Of a stretch of DNA of 39,680 nt, positions 7,547 through 15,150 are shown piece by piece. A program made the translations under genes and the position numbers. Origin of the DNA: a virus (taxonomy: Duplodnaviria > Caudoviricetes); IMG/VR virus record IMGVR_UViG_3300036940_000698, positions 1 through 39,680 of that record; one strand, written 5' to 3'. Each line of letters begins with the position of its first letter. The first letter of the stretch is position 1. The notes below the pieces were generated by a model. The model made no database searches and was not told the DNA's origin. It saw only the letters and a list, made by a program, of their open reading frames with translations.

Positions 7547-8539
7547 TTATGCCGCCTCCTGGAATTGACGCGCGAGTTGCGCGACGAGGTTGCAAGCTTC
7601 CTCTATGTTGCCGATCTGCTCCATGAGAGCACCGGCGAACTCTTCTTCGTCGTGATGGGTGACGGTGGGTATGGACAGATTGAGCAGCGGGAAAATGTGG
7701 GTGTCCGCCTTGACTCTGGCCCATTCCTCGCCGTCGTTTTTGGCGATGATGATAGCGGCCTTGGTGACACGTTTCCCGGAGTCAATCCCGACAGCTATTT
7801 CTTCCATGTCGTCAACCCCTGAATCACCGGACACACCGCGCACCTCAGAGGTCCCGGAGCTGATGGTGATTTCGTTGTCCAGCCAGGCCATGCACGGGCC
7901 GATGCCGAACGCCTTGCCGCTCTGTCTGGACGACCACAGGCCGTTGAGCATGGCCGATCCGATGTCGATAGAGGTCGTATCCGAACCGGATACGATGAAT
8001 TCTGCTGCGGAGTAGTGGGGACCAAAAGCTTGGTCGAATACCGCCACAAACGCCTTGACGGCCGCACTGGACTTGTCGGTCATGTAGGCCAGGCCGGTCA
8101 GCGTGTTCCACCAGCAGTCAACCACCTTTGGAGCCGGGGGCACCTTGGCAAGCAATCGCAACTTGCACTGCTCCTTGATCTCGCGTTTCCGGTCGCGCGA
8201 TATGAAATTCTTCCCGAGTTCTTTGGCCTTGACGAGTTCCCTGGCCATCTGGGCGTCGAAGGCCAACTTCAACGCTGCGGGGGGCACCTTGCGGGTGTCT
8301 ATGCGGATGGACCAGACGATGTGTTCGCCGAACTCGCAGTTCGTCGGGTTGAAATCGGTGGAGCGGTAGTCTTCCAGGACGACGGCACCGAAGATGGATT
8401 CGCGCAGGAATCCGGGATCATCGTAGAATGCCATGCGCTTGAGGCCGTCGCACGGGCTTTGCTGCTCGATCAGCGTTCCCTGATCGCTCTTGACGATCTC
8501 AAACACGCTCAGGGGGTGTTTCTTGAAAAGCCTTGCCAT
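7547..8539 (-). CDS. rdgC: RdgC-like recombination-associated protein
   Basis: IRIDTRKVPPAALK...ISRDRKREIKEQCKLRLLAKVPP segment typical of RdgC; located in the recombination module. Confidence 0.75.
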   Translation of the reverse strand: MARLFKKHPLSVFEIVKSDQGTLIEQQSPCDGLKRMAFYDDPGFLRESIFGAVVLEDYRSTDFNPTNCEFGEHIVWSIRIDTRKVPPAALKLAFDAQMARELVKAKELGKNFISRDRKREIKEQCKLRLLAKVPPAPKVVDCWWNTLTGLAYMTDKSSAAVKAFVAVFDQAFGPHYSAAEFIVSGSDTTSIDIGSAMLNGLWSSRQSGKAFGIGPCMAWLDNEITISSGTSEVRGVSGDSGVDDMEEIAVGIDSGKRVTKAAIIIAKNDGEEWARVKADTHIFPLLNLSIPTVTHHDEEEFAGALMEQIGNIEEACNLVAQLARQFQEAA

Positions 8540-8620
8540 TTTAACAATCTCCTTTCATTTTGCGGGCCGGGGTGAGGACTGCCGTGGGAATGGCCCCCGG
8601 CCCGCGGTTACAGGGCAATG

Positions 8621-9676
8621 TTATGCGGTCGGGAAGACCACTGCCGGATCCTCGCCATTCGCCAACCGGCTGTATGCTCCGAGCAAGAGGGCGCGGTCCT
8701 TGGTGGTCCACTGCGAGTATCCCTTGCCGACGAGCCGTTCCCCGTCCGCGACCTGGGCACCGAAGGATTGCAGATAGGACAGGCACTTCTTCTTTTTCTC
8801 GGCGGCGCTGGCGGCCTTGTATGCGTCGAGGTCTTCACCGGACAGGACGAACTCGGCCACGGCGATTTCGTCGGTGGGGTTGATGTCCGCGCCCTGTTCT
8901 TCGGCAGGCTGTTCCTGTTGTTCGGCAGGGGCTTCGTCCTGGAGCGCGGAGTCACCGAAGAATGCGGCCTCGGGATCTTCGGGCTGAGTGGTGTTGTCCG
9001 TAGCCTGATGGGTGTCGCTTTCATCCACAAGCGTCTGCTTCTGGGAGTAGGTCCCGCCGGGCTGACGCTCGAGGTCGATGGTGTCGGACACTTCTTCGGC
9101 GGTCTGCAGACCCATGGCGATTTCCGGAGCGTATGCCCGGATGAACCAGGATGCGGACCGATACATAAGCATCTGCTGGGGCATGGTCTGCCACTTGGAT
9201 CCGTTTTTTCCGTACCATCCTTCTTTCTTGGCCAGGTCGATCGACACCCACGCGCCGTAGAGCTTTTCGTTGGTTTCCTTCTCGATGGCCCATGCCCTGC
9301 AGGCCCAACCGTCCGTCCCCTCACTCCCCTTGAACTCATAGCGCAAGGCCGAGAATTTAGGGTTGTGGTTGAAGGTGGCGATGAGAAACTGGCTGGACCA
9401 ACCCGGGGTTCCGTGCACGACGTAGAGGTTCTGCATGACCATCATGGGGTCCGCTCCGATACGGGCGGACATGTTCAGAGCGATCATGCAGTTTGGAGCG
9501 TTGCCTTTGAAGCGCTGCGGGACCAGGTCGGAGGCGGCCAAATCTTTGGCTATGGAACGCGTGAGGGCGTAGGACTGCGAATCCATCATGCCGATGCTAA
9601 CATTGGGCGTGTTGGCGAGTTCTCCGCCGCAGTCGTGGCGCTGGCCCCTGGCGATAGATTGTTGTTGCTGGTACAT
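8621..9676 (-). CDS. RecT-like single-strand annealing recombinase
   Basis: LVPQRFKGNAPNC...QNLYVVHGTPGWSSQF...SKWQTMPQQMLMYRSASW; acidic tail; paired with YqaJ. Confidence 0.8.
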   Translation of the reverse strand: MYQQQQSIARGQRHDCGGELANTPNVSIGMMDSQSYALTRSIAKDLAASDLVPQRFKGNAPNCMIALNMSARIGADPMMVMQNLYVVHGTPGWSSQFLIATFNHNPKFSALRYEFKGSEGTDGWACRAWAIEKETNEKLYGAWVSIDLAKKEGWYGKNGSKWQTMPQQMLMYRSASWFIRAYAPEIAMGLQTAEEVSDTIDLERQPGGTYSQKQTLVDESDTHQATDNTTQPEDPEAAFFGDSALQDEAPAEQQEQPAEEQGADINPTDEIAVAEFVLSGEDLDAYKAASAAEKKKKCLSYLQSFGAQVADGERLVGKGYSQWTTKDRALLLGAYSRLANGEDPAVVFPTA

Positions 9677-9689
9677 ACTGTGTACTCCT

Positions 9690-10601
9690 TTACGCGGCCT
9701 GGCGGTCTTCAACGCGGCCGTACTTGATGCCGTTGGCGTTCATGTAATTGCCCAATGCGGTCAGTTGGTCGCCGGTGGCCCACACACGAAACTCCACGCA
9801 GTGGGTAACGGGCTCGGGCTGGGCCTGGGGCGCAGCGGCGGGCGCGGACTGCCGGGGCTGTTCCGGATGGGCGGGCGGCTCGGGCGCGGCCTGGGCGGCT
9901 GCCTCTCTCCGAGCCTTTTCCTCGGCTTCGGCCGCAGCCTTGGCCTCTTCGCGCTGCTTGCGGTACGCCTCCTGCTTGGCCGCCGCATCCTTTAGGGCCT
10001 TGTCTTCGGCCAAGGCCTGGGAGAGGTTGAAGCCCTTCAGGTAAGTGCGGACCACCTGGTCTTCGTGCTCGGTCTTCAGGTCGTAGATGAGGTTCAACTC
10101 TTCCTCGACCTTCTTGAGGAAGTCGGTGATTTCCTGTTCGATCTGGGCCATGGAGTAGGTGACGTTGAGCCATCGCTGGTCGAAGACGTTGGACAGCGTG
10201 ACCATAGACTTCACGTCTGATTCCTGGACGTCCCACAAGTCCTGGATAGTCTGCTGCTTCTCGGTGCGCTTGCGATCCTCGTACCCCTTGACCTGGGAGT
10301 CGATGGCCAGGACCGGCTGGTCCACCAGGGCGATGAGCTCTTTAATCCTGGCTTCGAAGTCGGTGTAGGGCTCCAGGCACCGGCGCTTGATTTCCAACTT
10401 CTTGTCGTTCAGGGCCTTCTTGAACTTGTTCAGGGTAGCCCGGTCTTTCTTGGCGTCCTGGATTGTGTCGTCGGTGTAGGCGAGGCCCTGGTACTTTTTG
10501 AGCCGTTTTGTCAGTTCGCCCTTGAGCTCGTCGAAGTTGAAGTCGATGGACTTCACGAATCCGTCCTCTGCCGGGCTGATAATCTTCAGTTCCATAGCCA
10601 T
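9690..10601 (-). CDS. DUF1351 family protein (Gam-like coiled coil)
   Basis: IDFNFDELK...AKKDRATLNK...EPYTDFE...IDSQVKGYE signature. Confidence 0.85.
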   Translation of the reverse strand: MAMELKIISPAEDGFVKSIDFNFDELKGELTKRLKKYQGLAYTDDTIQDAKKDRATLNKFKKALNDKKLEIKRRCLEPYTDFEARIKELIALVDQPVLAIDSQVKGYEDRKRTEKQQTIQDLWDVQESDVKSMVTLSNVFDQRWLNVTYSMAQIEQEITDFLKKVEEELNLIYDLKTEHEDQVVRTYLKGFNLSQALAEDKALKDAAAKQEAYRKQREEAKAAAEAEEKARREAAAQAAPEPPAHPEQPRQSAPAAAPQAQPEPVTHCVEFRVWATGDQLTALGNYMNANGIKYGRVEDRQAA

Positions 10602-10614
10602 GGGGGTGTCCTCC

Positions 10615-11250
10615 TTAAATTTCCGGCAGGATCAAGGCCGGCCGCTTGTTGGTTTCGACGTCTCGCCAAAAGGCGAGCTCTCTTTCAACCAGATAGGTGA
10701 TGCTCGGTTCGTGGTCGGCGCGTTCGAAAAAGTAGGTTTTTTCAGAGACGAACAGGTCGTCACAATTGCTGACGAGCCGGGCCTTCAGGACTCCGAAGTC
10801 GGCTTCGGTCACGTACATGTTGTGCAGCACCTGGATGTAGTAGTGCTGCGGAACGACGCCGTTCCACTTGTCACGATCCGCACGGCTGTTGATGAAGGCG
10901 GCTTTTATTTCGAGGACCCCGGGGCGGCCCGTGGCGCGTTCGATCAATTCGCCGTCCAGGGACGCGCGGAGTTGCGGGTACAGAGCGTGCGCCTCTGAGG
11001 TGTGCTCTTGGTGCCTGATCTCGTATTGCGGGTAGTCGAGAGCGAACATGGACCGGATCAGGGGTTCGGCCGCCACGCCGTACTGCACGTAGGCGTTGTC
11101 GGACATGTCCTTGTCGTCGCGGCGTCCGGTCTTCTCTTCCCAGAGCTCAACGTTGGTTTTCCAGGGGCTCAGGCCCAGGACGGCGGCCGCATCGCTACCG
11201 CCTATGCCTAGCTTGCGCTCGGTCAGCCATTGTTCGCGGGTCATGGTCAT
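10615..11250 (-). CDS. YqaJ-family viral recombinase exonuclease
   Basis: WLTERKLGIGGSDAAAVLG, ASLDG, LEIK, YYIQVLH. Confidence 0.92.
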   Translation of the reverse strand: MTMTREQWLTERKLGIGGSDAAAVLGLSPWKTNVELWEEKTGRRDDKDMSDNAYVQYGVAAEPLIRSMFALDYPQYEIRHQEHTSEAHALYPQLRASLDGELIERATGRPGVLEIKAAFINSRADRDKWNGVVPQHYYIQVLHNMYVTEADFGVLKARLVSNCDDLFVSEKTYFFERADHEPSITYLVERELAFWRDVETNKRPALILPEI

Positions 11251-11254
11251 GGCT

Positions 11255-11479
11255 CTACCATCCGGCACTCTTGAGAATTTCGGTATCCACATACTTGCCG
11301 AAGTTGACGACGGCCGGACCCGGTACGTTGTGGTCTTCCATGGCCTGGAAAATCTCGAAGGTCCGTCGCGACATGCTGATGAAGGGCAGTTCCGTACCGC
11401 ACGTGCATTGCGCTTTCTCGGCCATGCACTCGGGACACATGGCTACCCTGTCGTCTATGTCGATGAACTGCTTCTTCAT
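11255..11479 (-). CDS. Hypothetical Cys-rich protein
   Basis: AGGAGG RBS; CPEC...CTC. Confidence 0.65.
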   Translation of the reverse strand: MKKQFIDIDDRVAMCPECMAEKAQCTCGTELPFISMSRRTFEIFQAMEDHNVPGPAVVNFGKYVDTEILKSAGW

Positions 11480-11557
11480 GGTCGTGTCCTCCTGTTCCGG
11501 GGGGATTGCTCCCCCCGGGGTTGATGGGGAATGGAGAGGAGGTTTGCCTATGAAATT

Positions 11558-11842
11558 CTACGCCACCCGGCGCACAATGCCGCTCGGCATGGTCAGGCCG
11601 TAGACATCGTCCAGGGGCGTGGCGTCTTCACGGACACGCTCGAAAAATTTGGCGGTAGGGTCGAAGTCGGGGCAGTGAGCCGCGTTCTGCTCGGGGTCGA
11701 ACCTGACTTCGGCGGCGACGATCCCGGTGTGTTCCTGGACCGCGTCCCTGGCGGTCATGCAGGTCGCCATTCGGCCACCCGGGTAATCCTCGCACTGTTC
11801 GCACTCGTAGCACCGGGGGTTGTGTTCTGCGTAGCTGTTCAT
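11558..11842 (-). CDS. Hypothetical Cys-rich protein
   Basis: AGGAGG RBS; CYECEQC...C...CPDF. Confidence 0.65.
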   Translation of the reverse strand: MNSYAEHNPRCYECEQCEDYPGGRMATCMTARDAVQEHTGIVAAEVRFDPEQNAAHCPDFDPTAKFFERVREDATPLDDVYGLTMPSGIVRRVA

Positions 11843-11852
11843 GGATGTCCTC

Positions 11853-12410
11853 CTAATAATTGTCGACAATAGCCAGCAGCCAATCGCGTTGAACTTCCCA
11901 AGCGGCATCCCGGGCGGCGGTCCAAGCGGCGGCCCGGGCGGCGGCCCAAGCGGCATCCCGGGCGGCGGCCCAAGCGGCGGCCCGGGCGGCGGCCCGGGCG
12001 GCGGCCCAAGCGGCATCCCGGGCGGCGGCCCAAGCGGCGGCCCGGGCGGCGGCCCGGGCGGCGGCCCAAGCGGCATCCCGGGCGGCGGCCCAAGCGGCGG
12101 CCCGGGCGGCGTCATCTACTTCGCCATAAGCACGGAGATGAGCCATCTTGACAGCGTCGATGCTGCGCTGATCTTCCATCAGATGCAGCACCTCTTGTGC
12201 GCAGGCCACGGCGAATAGACGCGCCGGGGTTTGGTCATCCAAACAACGCAGCGCCCAAATTGCGTCATCGAGTCCGTTGGATTCGACTATTGTGCGGAAC
12301 GGGAAAACTTCATTGTCGGCTTTGGTCTTGCCTAAATGTTTGAGCAGATTCCGCCATCCCTCTTCGCACGGCCCGTGCTCACGTATTTGGCTCAAGGTGA
12401 TAGTAATCAT
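11853..12410 (-). CDS. Phage protein with Ala-rich AAW/AARD repeats
   Basis: MITITLSQIREHGPCEEGW...LDDAIWALR...RLFAVACA followed by (AARAAAWAAARDAAW)n. Confidence 0.8.
   Translation of the reverse strand: MITITLSQIREHGPCEEGWRNLLKHLGKTKADNEVFPFRTIVESNGLDDAIWALRCLDDQTPARLFAVACAQEVLHLMEDQRSIDAVKMAHLRAYGEVDDAARAAAWAAARDAAWAAARAAARAAAWAAARDAAWAAARAAARAAAWAAARDAAWAAARAAAWTAARDAAWEVQRDWLLAIVDNY
11897..12111. repeat. 12-bp tandem repeat with a 60-bp higher-order unit
   Basis: Lines 11941 and 12001 are identical and 12061-12111 repeats the first 51 nt. Confidence 0.95.
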
Positions 12411-12557
12411 GATGTCCTCTCCTTTCCCTGTCTGTGTCCTGTTCGGTGCCTCTTGCGGCGGGACAAGCGGGCTCTCAATCACAACCCCTTGCCCCTCCGT
12501 GGGACCATCCCATCGGCCTGGACCGTCCAGACCGCAGGATACACCGAACTTTCGTTT

Positions 12558-12755
12558 ATCGGTGCTTTGAGGGAAGGCGGGCCGGGCGCTACTCCGGCGC
12601 CTGGCGGGGTCTGATTCCCACTCACGTCTTTTCGGTGGGGCGAGTCACTCCCTTCACCTACTTCGCGGCTCCACACTGGCAAGGACTTGTGCCCAAATCA
12701 CTTACAGCCATCGCGTGTCTGCTTCCACGCCGCCGCCTTCCTTCAAAACACCGAT
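12558..12755 (-). ncRNA. Putative tRNA-like structured RNA in the PL leader
   Basis: 23-bp terminal stem (12558-12580/12733-12755), D-arm-like GCGTG-GAAGCAGA-CACGC, T-arm-like GCCGG-AGTAGCGC-CCGGC. Confidence 0.6.
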
Positions 12756-12766
12756 TGTCAAAGAAC
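12755..12766 (-). promoter_or_regulatory. boxA-like antitermination element
   Basis: GTTCTTTGACAA on the minus strand, similar to rrn boxA TGCTCTTTAACA, ~140 nt after PL. Confidence 0.5.
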
Positions 12767-12911
12767 CTTCAATCCCCGCCTTTCCCTGCCGTCGACCGCT
12801 TGCGCTTTCCGTGCTCGGTACTTCTGGCGTTACCTCCGCTCCTCGCTCCCCGTACTCGCTGGCCCTTGGCGCAGGCTGTTCCGGGTCGCTCTGTCGCGTC
12901 GTGTTGATTCA

Positions 12912-12940
12912 AAGCTAGGCGATTTTCGGCTATCCGTCAA
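12912..12940 (-). promoter_or_regulatory. Leftward early promoter PL
   Basis: TTGACG-17-TAGCTT on the minus strand with an operator in the spacer. Confidence 0.7.
12916..12932. promoter_or_regulatory. Operator OL1
   Basis: TAGGCGATTTTCGGCTA, imperfect palindrome present in three copies. Confidence 0.75.
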
Positions 12941-12948
12941 CACAAAAA

Positions 12949-12965
12949 TAGACGAATTTCGCCTA
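12949..12965. promoter_or_regulatory. Operator OL2
   Basis: TAGACGAATTTCGCCTA. Confidence 0.75.
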
Positions 12966-13027
12966 TACGGTTTGGCAAAAAAATTGCTCTTGTCCCTTCG
13001 GCGGGAAATTACAAAGGAGATTCAGTT

Positions 13028-13231
13028 ATGCGAGAAGGTGAGGATTCAAATAGTGAGGACTTGCTGGGGCTAGCCGTCGAGGTAGATGACGTGAAGGCGG
13101 TCATCCGCTTCTTGGCTTGTCATGGAGAATTGGATTGTGGCTGTGCCAGCATCCTTGCTGTGGCGGCGGGGCTGTTGTCTGATATATCTAATCGGATTGA
13201 TTCTTTAAGCCGAGTTCTGCCTCGACAATAA
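13028..13231 (+). CDS. Hypothetical protein convergent with the repressor
   Basis: AAAGGAG RBS; 67 aa; 3' end overlaps repressor 3' end. Confidence 0.5.
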   Translation: MREGEDSNSEDLLGLAVEVDDVKAVIRFLACHGELDCGCASILAVAAGLLSDISNRIDSLSRVLPRQ

Positions 13232-13469
13232 TCCTATCTAGCGTGGTACCAAGTACGGCGGCAGCCGCGACGGCTTCACAGAGTTTGAGAGCCTGCGGTT
13301 TGCCGCCTTTTGACGTATTCCTGATTCTGCGCCACCTGTTCCCGTCACTGTCGCCAAAAGCATCCCTGGCAAGTTGCGATTGGCTCATCCCCATATCGTC
13401 GGCCTTATCAGCGATAGTTTTGACTATCTGGCGCTCTAGGTCAAAGCCCACTTTTTCTAGCATAGACAT
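13188..13469 (-). CDS. Short XRE-type HTH prophage repressor
   Basis: GMSQSQLARDAFG HTH; divergent from cro; lies between operator sets. Confidence 0.75.
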   Translation of the reverse strand: MSMLEKVGFDLERQIVKTIADKADDMGMSQSQLARDAFGDSDGNRWRRIRNTSKGGKPQALKLCEAVAAAAVLGTTLDRIIVEAELGLKNQSD

Positions 13470-13520
13470 CCTTAAAATTTAGCACATTAGTGTCATGATT
13501 CGCTTCATTGAAAATCGGCG

Positions 13521-13549
13521 TTGACTGGTAGCCGAATTTCGCCTACTTT
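13521..13549 (+). promoter_or_regulatory. Rightward early promoter PR with operator OR (13529-13545)
   Basis: TTGACT-17-TACTTT; TAGCCGAATTTCGCCTA occupies the spacer. Confidence 0.75.
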
Positions 13550-13555
13550 AACAAC

Positions 13556-13753
13556 ATGAAAGCTAAACCTGATCATTTTGAGATTTTCGAGCGCTTGCGG
13601 AAGCAGTTTGGTTCTCACAGCGCTGCGGCCAGGGCATTGGGTTACAGACACATTACCTCATACCGACAGGCCCGCCGGACAGGCTCACTACCCCCATGGC
13701 GCTTGGACAAGGCGCTGCAACTGCTCGGCGGCCAGCCCAAGGAGGCAGCATGA
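13556..13753 (+). CDS. Cro-like HTH protein
   Basis: FGSHSAAARALG HTH; first gene after PR. Confidence 0.75.
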   Translation: MKAKPDHFEIFERLRKQFGSHSAAARALGYRHITSYRQARRTGSLPPWRLDKALQLLGGQPKEAA

Positions 13754-13971
13754 ACGGACACATCATCAAGACCGAAGAAGACGTGAAGCGGGAAGAGCGT
13801 ATGAACGTGATCGTCGATCACGTTTTCGACGTGCTGGACGGCGTCCCGCTGGGAGAAGCCGGACATATTCTGGACATCGTGAAGAACGATATCGGCAACG
13901 CCCAGCGGGACGTATTGCAGTCGACCGCCTATACCCGGCCGCCTACCATCAAAAGCACATCCGAAGGCTAG
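13750..13971 (+). CDS. Hypothetical protein
   Basis: ATGA overlap with cro, GGAGG RBS. Confidence 0.7.
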   Translation: MNGHIIKTEEDVKREERMNVIVDHVFDVLDGVPLGEAGHILDIVKNDIGNAQRDVLQSTAYTRPPTIKSTSEG

Positions 13972-14168
13972 CCCAATCGGGTACCAAGATGCCTGATAAC
14001 AGCGTCCATCTTTTCGGCGGTCTGCATACCCCGAAAATACCCGTCGATGATCATACATTTCCCGGCTGTTTCGAACCGGCAGGATTTCTTGGTGCATTCG
14101 CAGGACAGGGCCGCGCCCAAGGGCAGCGTTCTTTCGCCGTAGTACGGGCATTCCTTCATCGTTTCCAT
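13968..14168 (-). CDS. Hypothetical Cys-rich protein, opposite orientation to the operon
   Basis: GGAGG RBS; KECPY...CECTKKSC...C. Confidence 0.55.
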   Translation of the reverse strand: METMKECPYYGERTLPLGAALSCECTKKSCRFETAGKCMIIDGYFRGMQTAEKMDAVIRHLGTRLG

Positions 14169-14249
14169 TTTTCCCTCCGTCTGGGTCCGGTTGCTGGTTG
14201 TGGTGACTACCAATCGGATACCAGACGCGGGGGATACAGGCAACGGCGC

Positions 14250-14507
14250 TCATGTCGGCAGCACCCCCTGCAGGTGGATCAGCCGCCCGGGTGGCTTCCC
14301 GTCGCCGTCCTGCGCCATGGCCTTCCGGGCCAGGATGTAGCTCACGGCCCTGGCCGCGACTTCGTTGTAGGCCAGGATCGGGTCCACGTCCGGGGCCAGC
14401 CTGACACGGTAGAACCTCGGCCCGGAATCCTGTTCGGTCATGACCGCCGTTGCCAGGACAGAGCCGTTCTCTTGCCGCTTGAAGTGGATGTTCAGTTTCG
14501 CGTCCAT
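14250..14507 (-). CDS. Hypothetical protein, opposite orientation to the operon
   Basis: MDAKLNIHF... ORF filling a gap; globular-looking composition. Confidence 0.5.
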   Translation of the reverse strand: MDAKLNIHFKRQENGSVLATAVMTEQDSGPRFYRVRLAPDVDPILAYNEVAARAVSYILARKAMAQDGDGKPPGRLIHLQGVLPT

Positions 14508-14567
14508 CCATGCAGAAAACGCTTTTTCGGGGCTCAAAACCACTATTTCGTCGGAGGTAAACACTAA

Positions 14568-15002
14568 ATGGCTATAACCCTCACCGAAATTATCCGGGAC
14601 GCCGTGTTCAACTCCGGCGTGCCCGCCAAGACCGTGGCCCAGGACCTCGGAAAGGCCTATTCGACCCTGCTGCGCGAGCTGAACCCGGACGACGAATCCT
14701 GCAAGATCGGCGCGGACCTGATCGGCCCGCTGATGCTGGCCTGCAAGGACATCTCTCCGCTTCGGCACCTGGCCGCGCTCGTGGGGTTCGGCTTGGTCCC
14801 GCTGAAGGGGGTGGAGCCGGACAAGGATACCCTGGCCGAGGAACTGTGCGACGACCTCCAGGCCGTGGCCGCGTACCACAAGGCGCTGTTGGAAGACGAG
14901 CGGGTGGACAGGGTGATGCTCCTCCTGGAGCAGGCCAAGGCCGAGCTTGAGGAAAACTTCGTGCTCTACCGCCGGGAACTCGCCCGCAAGAGGGCATCAT
15001 GA
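14568..15002 (+). CDS. Phage regulatory CII-family protein
   Basis: AKTVAQDLGKAYSTLLRELNPDD...K motif; GGAGG RBS. Confidence 0.8.
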   Translation: MAITLTEIIRDAVFNSGVPAKTVAQDLGKAYSTLLRELNPDDESCKIGADLIGPLMLACKDISPLRHLAALVGFGLVPLKGVEPDKDTLAEELCDDLQAVAAYHKALLEDERVDRVMLLLEQAKAELEENFVLYRRELARKRAS

Positions 15003-15148
15003 ACAGGCCCCACTACAAGCGGCTGTGGCAAGAGGCCCGGCATGAAGCGCATATGCTGCGGCGTGAACTCGCCCGGTATGACGTTGTCCCCGGTTGGATT
15101 GTCGCCCTGTGCCGGTTGGTGCGCAGGGTGAGAAGGGCGGTGGCGTAG
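14999..15148 (+). CDS. Small basic hypothetical protein (49 aa)
   Basis: ATGA overlap; MNRPHYKRLWQEARHE...; fills the gap to rep. Confidence 0.5.
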   Translation: MNRPHYKRLWQEARHEAHMLRRELARYDVVPGWIVALCRLVRRVRRAVA

Positions 15149-15150
15149 GT

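Noticed and set aside
11897-12111. Possible CRISPR array
   Set aside because: Contiguous coding tandem repeat with no unique spacers and no cas genes
11841-12218. Collagen-like Gly/Pro repeat ORFs (GGGPSGIP, PPPGPPLG)
   Set aside because: Alternative-frame readings of the 12-bp tandem repeat; only the Ala-rich frame has an RBS and a plausible flanking domain
12479-12682. 67-aa ORF in the PL leader
   Set aside because: No RBS or protein-like features; region better explained by RNA structure
13578-14567. 329-aa plus-strand ORF across the cro region
   Set aside because: Arg-rich junk composition; overlaps several better-supported short genes
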